A stretch of DNA of 63,847 nucleotides, the filler included. It is 4 parts of 4 records of this genome, joined end to end, with 100 filler letters (N's around TTAATTAATTAA, not from the genome) between each part and the next. Parts side by side here need not be neighbours in the genome. Positions count along the whole stretch, not along the records: positions 39,806 to 55,687 come from DRR723986_3481; 3 more parts are not named here. One strand, written 5' to 3'. Positions 40,392-49,945 of this stretch are shown here, piece by piece. The notes beneath the pieces were generated by a model. It was not told where the DNA came from. It was given only the letters and a program-made list of their open reading frames with translations, and did no database searches. Made by a program: the position numbers and the translations under genes. Position 1 is the first letter of the stretch, and the number at the start of each line of letters is the position of its first letter.

Positions 40392-43152
40392 CTTTCAACC
40401 CTCTCACAACGGCCGCGAAGTGATCAGAAAGGCAGAAGCCGCTGAAATCCTTGGCATTCATCACAATTACATCTCGCGGGCGTTCGTCAAAACCGGCATT
40501 CTGACTGATCTCAGGCCCGAGGGTGTTGAGGGTGTTTACCGCGACGAAGTAGAGAACGCCGCAGCGGCCCGCGACGGCGGTGTTGCCGATGCACCAGAGA
40601 ATGAAACGGCGGCAGAGCGCTACGCCAGCGCCCAGCTTAGGCAGGTTCGCGCGACGCTGATCAAGGTTTCACGCAAGCACAATGACACTGCTGAGGGCCT
40701 GATCCTTGCTCACGATGCCCAGCGCGTCACGGCGGTTTGTGCGGATGCATGGGCGAAGCACGTCAGTGCTGCCGAGCCTCCATTTCTCTCCGATATCGCC
40801 CCGGCCGGCGCTGCGATTTACAAGCGGGACATCGAATCCGCGGTTGAAGATATGCGCGAGCAGGTCAGGCTGGCGTTTGCCGGTGATCTGATGCCACCCG
40901 ACCCCGCGACTCGCGCCTTGCTCGATCCTGTGACCGGTGTATCGCAGATCAATGATAAGATCGCCGATGTCAGGGCCCGTACCGCCAACACCAAGGCCGA
41001 TACCATCCTGCTTGAGGACGGCGCTGCTCGTGGTGTGTTTGTTGACCACGGCGACACGCGCCGCAAAGTCCAAGGCATCGCTGCCACAGCCCGGAACCAA
41101 ATCACCAACATCCGCCACAGGATTCAAGTTTACGTGCCCGTAAGCCACCGCAGTCAGATCACCTCTGACATTTTTGAGATGCTCAGCGCAGCAGCCAACA
41201 AAGCTGCGAAAGGCGTGAAGTCCAAGGATGATACAGCCGGCATGGCTGAGGTATTCGCAGCAGCCTTGCGCCCCCTTGAACCCCTGAGCGGCAGCGAGTG
41301 GCAGAACAAGCACCGCCGTCTTGACTCGTCCGTTTCTGCACGCCCGGGCCCGATGCTGATGGAATTGACACCCTACATGCGCCTGCCTCTCGATCTTGCT
41401 TGCGGCGCTGATCCGAACGTGCGGCAAGTGACGTTTGCATCCGGTGCCCAGCTGTCCAAATCGGAGACTTTGTTGCTCTCGACCGTGGGATATTTCATTG
41501 ACCGCAGCCCTGCCGGGATCGTGGCCGCATATCCGACTGAGGGGCTCGCTAAAACCTTTGCCGCCACCCGCTTCCCTGCCCTGCTCCAGACACCCACTCT
41601 TGCCGCCAAGGTGGATGAAGTGCGCGAGGACAAAACCCGAAAAGGTCGCGCCGAAGCCATGACAAGCCGCAGCTTTTCTGGGGGCAATCTGGCAATCGTC
41701 AGTGCAGGTTCTGTCGCGGAACTATCCGGGCGCCCCGCCAAGTTGATCATCGCCGACGAATTGGACCGTATGACCGGGACAAAGGAGGGCGATCCGTTTG
41801 AGCTCCTGCAGGCGCGTAGCATCACATTCCCTGATCGCATGGCCGTTGTTGCCTCGACTCCCACGCATATTGAGACGAGCCGGATCTGGAAACTGTTTCT
41901 TGAGGGATCACAGGCTCACTACTTTGTGCCGTGTGACTGCGGGCATTCCCATGTGCTCGACTTCGACAACCTGCAGGCAACAGACCCTGATAACCCCGAC
42001 AATGTGGATTCCGCTGCCTACATCTGCCCCAGCTGCGGCGAAGCGTGGGATGACGCCCAGCGCTTAAAAGCAATCGATCATGGCGAATGGAAAGAGGCGC
42101 GGCCCGATGTGAAGGCTCACAAGAGCTTTCATCTCAACTCGCTCAACTCACCATTCATGACCAATGCCGAGCTTTACAAGAAAAAGCGCAACGCTGAGAA
42201 GGGCGACATTGAGACCAAGATTACCTTCACAAACCTCTACGCCGGTTTGCCATGGGATGACTCTGACGATGCCAGTAGCCCTGAGAAAATGGCCGAGCGA
42301 CTGCGCCGTGATGCGATGCTGCATGATTGCTCGTGGGACTCGATTCCCCCGGAGTGTCTTGTGCTGACTGCCGGCGCGGACATCCAGCAGGACCGGATCG
42401 AGCTCACGCTGGTCGGCTGGGGTGAGCCAAACCGCGCTGACGGTGATGGCACAACGTGCTGGGTGCTTGGGCATACCGTGTTCGAGGGCGACACAAGCGC
42501 GGACTCCGTTTGGGATGATCTGGACGAGTTTTGCAAAGCCCGTTTCCAGCACCCTTTTGGCGGTGAAATGATCATCAGCCGAACCTGTGTTGACACCGGC
42601 TACAACACGCAAAACGCAATGAAATTCTGTGCCAGACGCCCGAGCCGGTACTTCGCGATCAAAGGCAGCAACCAATTCACGGCGCCAATCTGGGCACAAT
42701 CCAAGAGCAAGCCCAAGCGAGGCGAGGCGAAGTTGCATCTGGTCGGCGTGTCACAGATGAAATTGGCGCTTTTCAAGTCGATGCTGCAGGCCGACGCTGG
42801 CAATGAGGGCCATGTGCGTTTTGCCGACATGGACCAGCATAGCCCGCTTGGGATTGAAGGCTTTGCGGATCAGCTGACCAGCGAATACCTGTTCACGTCC
42901 TTCGGGACAAAGGGACCGGTGCAGGAATGGAAACGCCGCGGCCGTGTTGATCGTGAGATTCTGGATACGATTGTCTATGCCAGCGCTGGGCGCAGGAGCA
43001 TGGCTCATATCCGGTGGAATGATCTGCGTGACCGCCTGACCGTCCGCGAGACCCCTGCCGCACCAAACCCCGGCATCACCACCCAGAACCACCCAACCCC
43101 AACCGGCAACACACCCACCCCAGCGAAAGGAGGCTGGGCGGCTTTCGAGTAA
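40384..43152 (+). CDS. Phage terminase large subunit (GpA family) with N-terminal small-terminase-like extension
   Basis: GpA motifs: SEW, TPYMR, AQLSKSE, LIIADELDR, ASTP, CxC..CPxCG, GADIQQDR, DTGY, AIKG, EILDT.VYA. About 290-aa N-extension with HTH and Nu1-like coiled coils. GTG start with GGAGG RBS. Confidence 0.9.
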   Translation: MASFQPSHNGREVIRKAEAAEILGIHHNYISRAFVKTGILTDLRPEGVEGVYRDEVENAAAARDGGVADAPENETAAERYASAQLRQVRATLIKVSRKHNDTAEGLILAHDAQRVTAVCADAWAKHVSAAEPPFLSDIAPAGAAIYKRDIESAVEDMREQVRLAFAGDLMPPDPATRALLDPVTGVSQINDKIADVRARTANTKADTILLEDGAARGVFVDHGDTRRKVQGIAATARNQITNIRHRIQVYVPVSHRSQITSDIFEMLSAAANKAAKGVKSKDDTAGMAEVFAAALRPLEPLSGSEWQNKHRRLDSSVSARPGPMLMELTPYMRLPLDLACGADPNVRQVTFASGAQLSKSETLLLSTVGYFIDRSPAGIVAAYPTEGLAKTFAATRFPALLQTPTLAAKVDEVREDKTRKGRAEAMTSRSFSGGNLAIVSAGSVAELSGRPAKLIIADELDRMTGTKEGDPFELLQARSITFPDRMAVVASTPTHIETSRIWKLFLEGSQAHYFVPCDCGHSHVLDFDNLQATDPDNPDNVDSAAYICPSCGEAWDDAQRLKAIDHGEWKEARPDVKAHKSFHLNSLNSPFMTNAELYKKKRNAEKGDIETKITFTNLYAGLPWDDSDDASSPEKMAERLRRDAMLHDCSWDSIPPECLVLTAGADIQQDRIELTLVGWGEPNRADGDGTTCWVLGHTVFEGDTSADSVWDDLDEFCKARFQHPFGGEMIISRTCVDTGYNTQNAMKFCARRPSRYFAIKGSNQFTAPIWAQSKSKPKRGEAKLHLVGVSQMKLALFKSMLQADAGNEGHVRFADMDQHSPLGIEGFADQLTSEYLFTSFGTKGPVQEWKRRGRVDREILDTIVYASAGRRSMAHIRWNDLRDRLTVRETPAAPNPGITTQNHPTPTGNTPTPAKGGWAAFE

Positions 43153-43210
43153 CCACCACCTACCACCCACCCACCAACCCCAACAAAAGAGCTACGTGAA
43201 GGACACACAA

Positions 43211-43357
43211 ATGCTTGATTTTATTATCACATCCACAACAATCACCCTGGCAATTGCCTACATCGCAATCCTTGCGGAGATGGCCTTTGACACGCTGCAG
43301 CAGCGACATGATCTCGAACGCGCTGCCGAGCGCAAGCTGTTGGGGCTCGGGGGCTGA
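43211..43357 (+). CDS. Small membrane protein (48 aa), hypothetical
   Basis: GAAGGA RBS; MLDFIITSTTITLAIAYIAILAEM hydrophobic N-terminus; below the ORF-track cutoff. Confidence 0.5.
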   Translation: MLDFIITSTTITLAIAYIAILAEMAFDTLQQRHDLERAAERKLLGLGG

Positions 43358-43409
43358 AATTGCCCAACCGAGGCACTATTTCAATCATAGGATTATGAAA
43401 GGACAGCCC

Positions 43410-43652
43410 ATGCAAGACCACGAGGTGATCGCATTTCTGCGCAGGCTCGGCGCCCTCGATGCCTCCATATGGCACCTGCTCAAACATGCGGACCGCACAG
43501 ACGAGTACACCCTCGCCCGTGCATTTTACGCCTGCGACGGACTCAAACGGGACGCTGCACAGCATCGCTACGGGCACCTCGGCCGCCCCGAAGATCATTA
43601 CCCTGCCCCTCAGCCACAGACTCAGCCACAGGCACCGGCGGCAACAGCATGA
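43410..43652 (+). CDS. Hypothetical phage protein
   Basis: AAAGGA RBS; ATGA overlap with the next gene. Confidence 0.55.
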   Translation: MQDHEVIAFLRRLGALDASIWHLLKHADRTDEYTLARAFYACDGLKRDAAQHRYGHLGRPEDHYPAPQPQTQPQAPAATA

Positions 43653-44194
43653 GCGTCACAATCGATCTGAGTGAAATGCGGGCCCTTGAGCGCAATCTGC
43701 GCCGATATGGCAATGACTTCGCGGATAAAGTGCTGCTGCGGTCCGTGAACAAGGTCGCGAGATCCACCAAGACCAAAGCCATCCGCGCCGTCCGCGAGGC
43801 TGCCAATTTCGACCGCGTGGGCCTTGTGCGGGACGTGACGAGCGTCAGCTTCGCATCCAAGGCGCGACCCTTCGCGGAGATCACGATGAGGAGCGGATGG
43901 CAGACACTCAAGCGCCACCACCCCAGCCCCCGGCAAGGCGCGGCTGGCAAACCGTTCCGCCGTGCGCGGCCATGGGGGGAGTCTCGCACGTACCAAAAGG
44001 CGTTCCATTTGAGTAACGGGCTGCCGGCGATCCGAACATCGAGCGCACGTTTTCCGGTCAAGGTGCTGCACGGCGCCAGCGCGGCAAGAGAACTGGAGCG
44101 TCCGCAGGCAAACAAACAAGTAACGCGGTATGTCGGCGAACGCCTGCCTGCAGAGGCGCTGCGGTACAGCAAATATATGTTAAGCCGACTCTAG
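43649..44194 (+). CDS. Phage minor tail protein Z (gpZ)-like
   Basis: Basic 181-aa protein: RSVNKVARSTKT..R, KAF, R.SSARFPVKVLHG, RLPAE. Confidence 0.6.
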   Translation: MSVTIDLSEMRALERNLRRYGNDFADKVLLRSVNKVARSTKTKAIRAVREAANFDRVGLVRDVTSVSFASKARPFAEITMRSGWQTLKRHHPSPRQGAAGKPFRRARPWGESRTYQKAFHLSNGLPAIRTSSARFPVKVLHGASAARELERPQANKQVTRYVGERLPAEALRYSKYMLSRL

Positions 44195-44328
44195 TCTCGG
44201 GCAATCAACCGGGCCTCTCATGGTTTGCCGCTTCGACTTACCATATTGGAAATATTATCGATTAGAAACAGCCTGTTGCAATGATGTCTTAAGGTGATAG
44301 ATTAACCTTATTCAGAAGGAGAATCATC

Positions 44329-44511
44329 ATGCAAGCCACCACGCCACACGCCACAACGCCCACATCTGAGCCCATGCCCGCCGACACGCCCAGCGCGTCT
44401 GAAATGCTGCTTGATGTGCTGCTTGAGATTGAGCAGAACACCCACCGCCACGAGCATGCCCGCGTGCTTGAGTTGCTCAGTGAGGCGCGGGGTTATGTGA
44501 CCATGTGCTGA
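44329..44511 (+). CDS. Hypothetical protein
   Basis: GAAGGAG RBS after an AT-rich promoter-like stretch. Confidence 0.55.
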   Translation: MQATTPHATTPTSEPMPADTPSASEMLLDVLLEIEQNTHRHEHARVLELLSEARGYVTMC

Positions 44512-44552
44512 GACCATGTTTGCAAGGATCGTTTTTGATTGTATTGGAAGGC

Positions 44553-45218
44553 ATGAGATTTGCGATTGCCGATCAAGTGAGGGTCACGCCTTCCCCGGGA
44601 GCACGCGGTTCTTGCTCTTTCTGCGGAGCCGAGCTTATTGCCAAGTGTGGCCCCCAGAAGATTTGGCATTGGGCTCACAAACGCAAGGCGGACTGCGATC
44701 ATTGGTGGGAGAATGAAACGGAGTGGCACCGCAACTGGAAAGAGCAGTTTCCTCCCGATTGGAGTGAGCAAGTCCAGTTTTCTGTGGATGGCGAAAAGCA
44801 CATCGCCGACATCAAAACTGATCTGGGGCTCGTAATTGAGTTTCAGCACTCGCCGATCAGCTCTCGCGAGCTCTGGTCTCGCGAAGACTTCTACCAGAAA
44901 ATGATTTGGGTCGTTGACGGCGCAAGGCTGAAGTCGGATTCGGCCGCTTTCTTCAAACACATAAAGAACAAAGAACGCAAAGACATTAACGGTACTGAGA
45001 TTTTCATATTCAATCCGCTCGTACCCAAAATAACGAAGCGGTGGATGATAGCTCAAGCTCCAGTGTTCTTAGATTTTGGAGATGGCGACCTCTGGCGGAT
45101 CTCCGTGCAAAAGGGAATTTGGCAGAAAGTCGCCAGCAAGACGCCTAAGACCGCATTTATAGAGGCGCTTTTGTCGGACAAAGATCCGCTCGCAGTTGTT
45201 GACGAAATGCACTTCTGA
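44553..45218 (+). CDS. CoiA-like PD-(D/E)xK nuclease
   Basis: CxxC..KCG..WHWAH..C, ETEWH, HIADIK, VIEFQHS and MIWVVDG motifs. Confidence 0.8.
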   Translation: MRFAIADQVRVTPSPGARGSCSFCGAELIAKCGPQKIWHWAHKRKADCDHWWENETEWHRNWKEQFPPDWSEQVQFSVDGEKHIADIKTDLGLVIEFQHSPISSRELWSREDFYQKMIWVVDGARLKSDSAAFFKHIKNKERKDINGTEIFIFNPLVPKITKRWMIAQAPVFLDFGDGDLWRISVQKGIWQKVASKTPKTAFIEALLSDKDPLAVVDEMHF

Positions 45219-45408
45219 GAATGGCCCAGCGCGGCAGATCTGCTACTTGAGATTGAAAGGGCGGCCCGAGCTTGACCGAGCGCGAGATATGGTTACCGAG
45301 ACTGAAACTATGGGACGAGGATCGAATCCAAATGACAGTAGCCAAGCGAATGCTGGCGATCTAACGTGTGGTTCTCGAACCTTTCACATAGAATACTTGA
45401 GGTTACCC

Positions 45409-47118
45409 ATGTCAGCGAATGCAAAACAGATTCTTGGCGACATCGTTGAGCAACGCCGTAAGGAGAGCATGCCAGAGCTGTCCCTACAGGATTTTTTTGA
45501 GATTTTTTCTGCAGAACAAATTACAAAAGACTATGCGCTGAACTTCGAAGAATTAGAGGCTTGCATTGTTGATGGCGAGCACGATGGCGGCATTGATTCA
45601 GTGTTCGTTTTGGTGAACGGAGACCTCGTAGTCGAAGATACTGATTTGAGCTCCTACAAAAAGAACGTGGTTATTGACCTAATTGTTGTACAGAGCAAAA
45701 CCGCTGGCGGTTTTTCTGAAGATCCTATCAATAGGATAAAATCCGCTATGGAAAAACTGCTCGACCTCACCACTGACTTTGATACGCTTTCACAGTACAA
45801 TGAGCAGGTCAGAACAGTCTTTGACAGATTCCGCACAACATACCGCACCCTTGCCTCTCGTTTCCCAGATCTACGCATAGAGATCAAATATGCCGCGATG
45901 GCGGCCGACAGTGATGTTCATGACAACCTCAAAACCAAAAGCGATGAGCTAGTTAGCAGAGTTCAATCTATGTTCGATGAAGCATCTGTTGATTTTTCAT
46001 TTCTTGGAGCTAAGGAAATCCTTTCGCTCGCAAGGCAACAGCCAAACCAAACGTTTAGCCTTGTGTTTTCGAAGTCGCTGCCCGGTGACAATGGATATGT
46101 CGTCCTAGCTAAACTCAAGGATTTCAATAAATTCCTTCGAAACGACGGAGAGGCTGTTCGGCACGACCTATTCGAATCTAACGTTCGCGATTATCAGGGT
46201 TCGACAGAAGTAAACTCAGATATTAACGAAACCCTTAAATCAGCGAGTGATGTAGATTTTTGGTGGCTGAATAATGGAGTCACAGTGCTTTCCAGCAAAG
46301 CAACTCAAGCCGGGAGTGCCGTCACAATTGAAAATCCGCAAATTGTAAACGGCCTTCAAACAAGTTCTCAGATAGCCCGGTTCTTTGATGAGGGCGGAAC
46401 GGATGACAACCGGATGGTAATGGTCAAAATTGTTTCATCTGAGGATGAAGCCGTTCGAGATCAAATCATCAAAGCAACAAATAGCCAAAATACCGTTCCG
46501 AGAGCATCACTTCGCGCAACTGACAAAATCCAACGAGACATTGAGCACGCCTTAAAGATGGGCGGTTACTTTTACGATAGAAGGAAAAACTTCTATAAAA
46601 ACCAGGGGCGAGCAGCGGCAAAAATAGTTAGCATACCATTGCTGGCCCAAGCAATGATGACTCTTCTTCTCGGTGAGCCTGATAATGCAAGAGCTCGGCC
46701 ATCTTCTTTGATTAAGGAGGATGATGTGTACAATTCACTTTTTGCCGAGAGCCATCCAGTTGACGCCTATTTGGTTGCAGCAGACCTAATAAAACGTGTT
46801 GAGTCTTCATTGAAGACGAGAACCGCCTATACAGCGCAAGACCGAAACAATCTTCGGTTTTATTGCATGTATTGGATCATGGGCTGGGAATGCAAATCCA
46901 GCAGCATAACAGCCCCCAAGGTAGCGGCAAAAAAAGGCTTGATTTCAGATCCAACGTTGGAGGCCGGAATCGACAAAGTTGCTTCACTTTTCTTTGACGC
47001 CGGAGGGACGGACCAGTTAGCCAAGGGCCCAGACTTCAAGAGCCAGCTGAGAGATCAGCTTAACGCCGGGATTGAAAGCCATTTTGGGAATGGCAATGGA
47101 GCCCCGACCTCGGATTAA
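45409..47118 (+). CDS. AIPR-family (abortive infection phage resistance) protein
   Basis: DGGID..QSK N-domain; FESNVRDYQG, FWWLNNGVT, QIVNGLQT and ATNSQN motifs. Confidence 0.9.
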   Translation: MSANAKQILGDIVEQRRKESMPELSLQDFFEIFSAEQITKDYALNFEELEACIVDGEHDGGIDSVFVLVNGDLVVEDTDLSSYKKNVVIDLIVVQSKTAGGFSEDPINRIKSAMEKLLDLTTDFDTLSQYNEQVRTVFDRFRTTYRTLASRFPDLRIEIKYAAMAADSDVHDNLKTKSDELVSRVQSMFDEASVDFSFLGAKEILSLARQQPNQTFSLVFSKSLPGDNGYVVLAKLKDFNKFLRNDGEAVRHDLFESNVRDYQGSTEVNSDINETLKSASDVDFWWLNNGVTVLSSKATQAGSAVTIENPQIVNGLQTSSQIARFFDEGGTDDNRMVMVKIVSSEDEAVRDQIIKATNSQNTVPRASLRATDKIQRDIEHALKMGGYFYDRRKNFYKNQGRAAAKIVSIPLLAQAMMTLLLGEPDNARARPSSLIKEDDVYNSLFAESHPVDAYLVAADLIKRVESSLKTRTAYTAQDRNNLRFYCMYWIMGWECKSSSITAPKVAAKKGLISDPTLEAGIDKVASLFFDAGGTDQLAKGPDFKSQLRDQLNAGIESHFGNGNGAPTSD

Positions 47119-47159
47119 TTCGACCTATTGTCGAGCGTCCCCCCCCTTTTGCTGCACTG

Positions 47160-47825
47160 CTATGCGGCAAACCGCTGCTGCTCAGCATCATAAAGGCGAT
47201 GGGCAGCCTCGGCGCAGATCGCCGTCAGGTCGGGTGCCCTCAGATCCTGAGCATCGATCACGTCGCCATCATCGGCATAGTCACCGCGCAATGGCGCCCA
47301 ACCGCTCCGCAAAGCACGGCGATAGGAGCGAAACGCATCATGAAAACACGCCAGATCAACGCAGATATGACCCATTAGATGCAGATCATTGCATTTGACC
47401 GGGCGATAATCGAGCGCCCAAGGCAGCAGGTTGGGATCAGCCTCAAGATCGCGAGACAGCAGCGCGATTGCCATATTGTCGAACTCAGTATCCCAGTATC
47501 CATCGCGCGAGAGACTCACGAACTGGGCGATCACCAGCTTGCGGGCCTCTGCGGGTGTGACGAGGTGGACTGACTCGCCCCGCACAAAGCCAAGCCGATG
47601 CGCGACCCTGTGGATATCATCCCGATGTAGCCAAGTGTAATGCGCTGCGAGGCGAGGCATCGCCATAAAGCTCTCGCGGGACAGACGCCGCATCGCAGCT
47701 TTGAGATTGAGGTCGGTCGGCACCTGCCAGCCTTCTTCTGCAAATGCAGATTCAGCGGCGCCGCGTTTGGTGATATTGATGTAATGAAGGCCCTCAGCCG
47801 GGGCGGGGTATTTGGTCGTGAACAT
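47160..47825 (-). CDS. Hypothetical protein
   Basis: 221-aa ORF with element-like codon usage. Confidence 0.6.
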   Translation of the reverse strand: MFTTKYPAPAEGLHYINITKRGAAESAFAEEGWQVPTDLNLKAAMRRLSRESFMAMPRLAAHYTWLHRDDIHRVAHRLGFVRGESVHLVTPAEARKLVIAQFVSLSRDGYWDTEFDNMAIALLSRDLEADPNLLPWALDYRPVKCNDLHLMGHICVDLACFHDAFRSYRRALRSGWAPLRGDYADDGDVIDAQDLRAPDLTAICAEAAHRLYDAEQQRFAA

Positions 47826-48199
47826 CTCTTTGTGTCCTGAGTTGCGGACGGCGATTGTTCACGATAGAATCTGGAAGCGGCCTTGAATTTTTAGCGGTTT
47901 GGGCCGATATCTTGATAGTCGTTGTCGTGATCAACGGAGCCATCCTTGGTTGCAGAATTTAAGAGCCATTGCGTTGGTAGCGCAGTGGCTCTTTCCCTAT
48001 TTAGGGTCAGCAAAGTGACCTACAATAGACAGGGCGCCCATCCTTCATTTTTTATATTGATTTTTTTGAAATTCTATGAGCCAGGTTTTTCGCGGCAGTG
48101 CTGATTGATTCGCTTCGCCCCGCCCAGCGCCGCTAACAGCCTAAACGCAAAGAGACCGGGGCACATCGCGTGATCCCCGGTCAACAGCCCTGCGGGCGC

Positions 48200-48433
48200 T
48201 CAAAAGGCCTTCATGGTGTGTTTACCGTTCCATGCGATGCGAAACTCAACCGCCTTGCCACCGCATTCGCGGCAAACAGCCCGCCTCAGCGCGTCAACGG
48301 TTGTTTCGGGTGGGTTGGGCAATGATAGCAGGTCAGCAACCGCAACGCCCCGCACATGATCAGTCCTGCACCAGAAATGCAGAGCCATTCCAGGCAAGTC
48401 GGTTAACCGGGTTGGAGTGATCGAGGTCTGCAT
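48200..48433 (-). CDS. Small hypothetical protein with Zn-ribbon-like C/H..CxxCG
   Basis: WCRTDH...CRECGG. Confidence 0.5.
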   Translation of the reverse strand: MQTSITPTRLTDLPGMALHFWCRTDHVRGVAVADLLSLPNPPETTVDALRRAVCRECGGKAVEFRIAWNGKHTMKAF

Positions 48434-48526
48434 GGGATGGATTATGGCACGAGCGCCAGCGCCTGTCGCGAAGTTCAAAGGGGACGGAAATTATAACTCG
48501 CGGCACTCCGAGGCTCATAACTTGGG

Positions 48527-49936
48527 TCATTTTGCCAGCCGCCAGCCATCATCATACTTGACAAAGCGAGCGGTTACTCTTTTCGTACTGCCGAGTTTTT
48601 CGTAACCAAAGTATCTGGCCTCTGGCTCGTAGCCGTAAAACATCGCTGTAAACTCGACGAACTTTTCTTTGTCGTCACCGCGAATGCCGTCTACACTGTG
48701 AGCCAAGAAATGCCCTGTTGTAAAAATACATTGGCCGTCTGAAGAGCAATGCGATTTATACTTCGGTGCGACAATAAAATCAGCCGCAACACTTATACGC
48801 CCCTGGGATGCACGACCGGTAAGCCAAGTAACTTTGCTTAAAAAACCTGCATTTATAAGATACCGAGAATAGTACAGATCTTCTAGCTTAAGATTGGGCA
48901 AATCTCCGGAACGCGCACCTGAATTTATGCCCTTATTCACAAAGTGGTCTATCTTTCTCATTGCGCTATGGAGTTGGGCTTCACTTAGCTTGCTACCCCC
49001 TATTGCGAAAGGGTCAACTAAGCGACGAGGTTGAGAAACATATAGTATTTCTCTATTACCTCCCCAAGTTCGGCTCTTAAGGATGCTTAACGCACTTTCT
49101 CGAGTTAACTTTCGCGGGGTCTGATCTTTTGGAGCGGGCGGCTGGGAGTACTCCACAATAAAGCTTCCAAGGCGCTTTACTTGCGCCTCCCGTTGGCGCT
49201 CTGAAGAGAGAGCTCTTTTGTCCAGCTGTCTGTTTCTTGCAATCTCATCTTTCCGACGATCAATTCTTTTTAGTTCTGCTTGCAGCATGCCCCAATAATT
49301 TTGTTGACGTATGACCCAAGCAGGCTCACGTTTGCTTTTCCTCAAATCCATGGACATTACGCGCAGAGCCTGACCACTTGTCCTTGGCAGTTCTCCAACA
49401 TAAACATATATATTGTCGAAGCGGGCTTTGCGGTTATAGCCGCATTTCTTATCAAACCTCTCAGTTAGATAATTAAAGATCGGTTTTCGTACCCACGCAC
49501 CCCATAGAGCATAGCCTTCCGGCAAAACAACCTGCCAGTACCTATCCCTCCCGATCTCCGCAGGCTTGCAGCTATCTCTAATGAATTTTATGGCTCCGTA
49601 ATCTATATCGTCGTAGAAGTCTCCTCGCTTGAGCACCAGCCCGTGCCCTGGACCAACCCTTGTAATAAATGTGGGTTTCTTGTTTTCCCAACTCACAACT
49701 GTACCCGGCCCATCGGCCCAACCGTCAACACACAGGCCATCCCATGTCAGTGTCTTTGTGATGCTCTCTGGGTGAACGTACATTGAGCACTCTACTCCGT
49801 CTGTCCGAATTTTCACACGATAATCGTCAGACAACTTTCGCTCTTGAGCGGCTACTGGAGAGTTTGCTGCAATAAGCACCAACCCCAAAACGAATGCGAG
49901 TAGTCCCCTAATTAACAACAATTCATATCCTCTCAA
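48527..49936 (-). CDS. Hypothetical secreted protein
   Basis: Signal-like N-terminus, WDGLCVDGWADGPG motif, C-terminal KYDDGWRL; low GC. Confidence 0.7.
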   Translation of the reverse strand: MRGYELLLIRGLLAFVLGLVLIAANSPVAAQERKLSDDYRVKIRTDGVECSMYVHPESITKTLTWDGLCVDGWADGPGTVVSWENKKPTFITRVGPGHGLVLKRGDFYDDIDYGAIKFIRDSCKPAEIGRDRYWQVVLPEGYALWGAWVRKPIFNYLTERFDKKCGYNRKARFDNIYVYVGELPRTSGQALRVMSMDLRKSKREPAWVIRQQNYWGMLQAELKRIDRRKDEIARNRQLDKRALSSERQREAQVKRLGSFIVEYSQPPAPKDQTPRKLTRESALSILKSRTWGGNREILYVSQPRRLVDPFAIGGSKLSEAQLHSAMRKIDHFVNKGINSGARSGDLPNLKLEDLYYSRYLINAGFLSKVTWLTGRASQGRISVAADFIVAPKYKSHCSSDGQCIFTTGHFLAHSVDGIRGDDKEKFVEFTAMFYGYEPEARYFGYEKLGSTKRVTARFVKYDDGWRLAK

Positions 49937-49945
49937 TGCAGAACA

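Noticed and set aside
43060-43195. C/A-rich low-complexity tract at the terminase 3' end
   Set aside because: No regular repeat unit; partly encodes a Pro/Thr tail.
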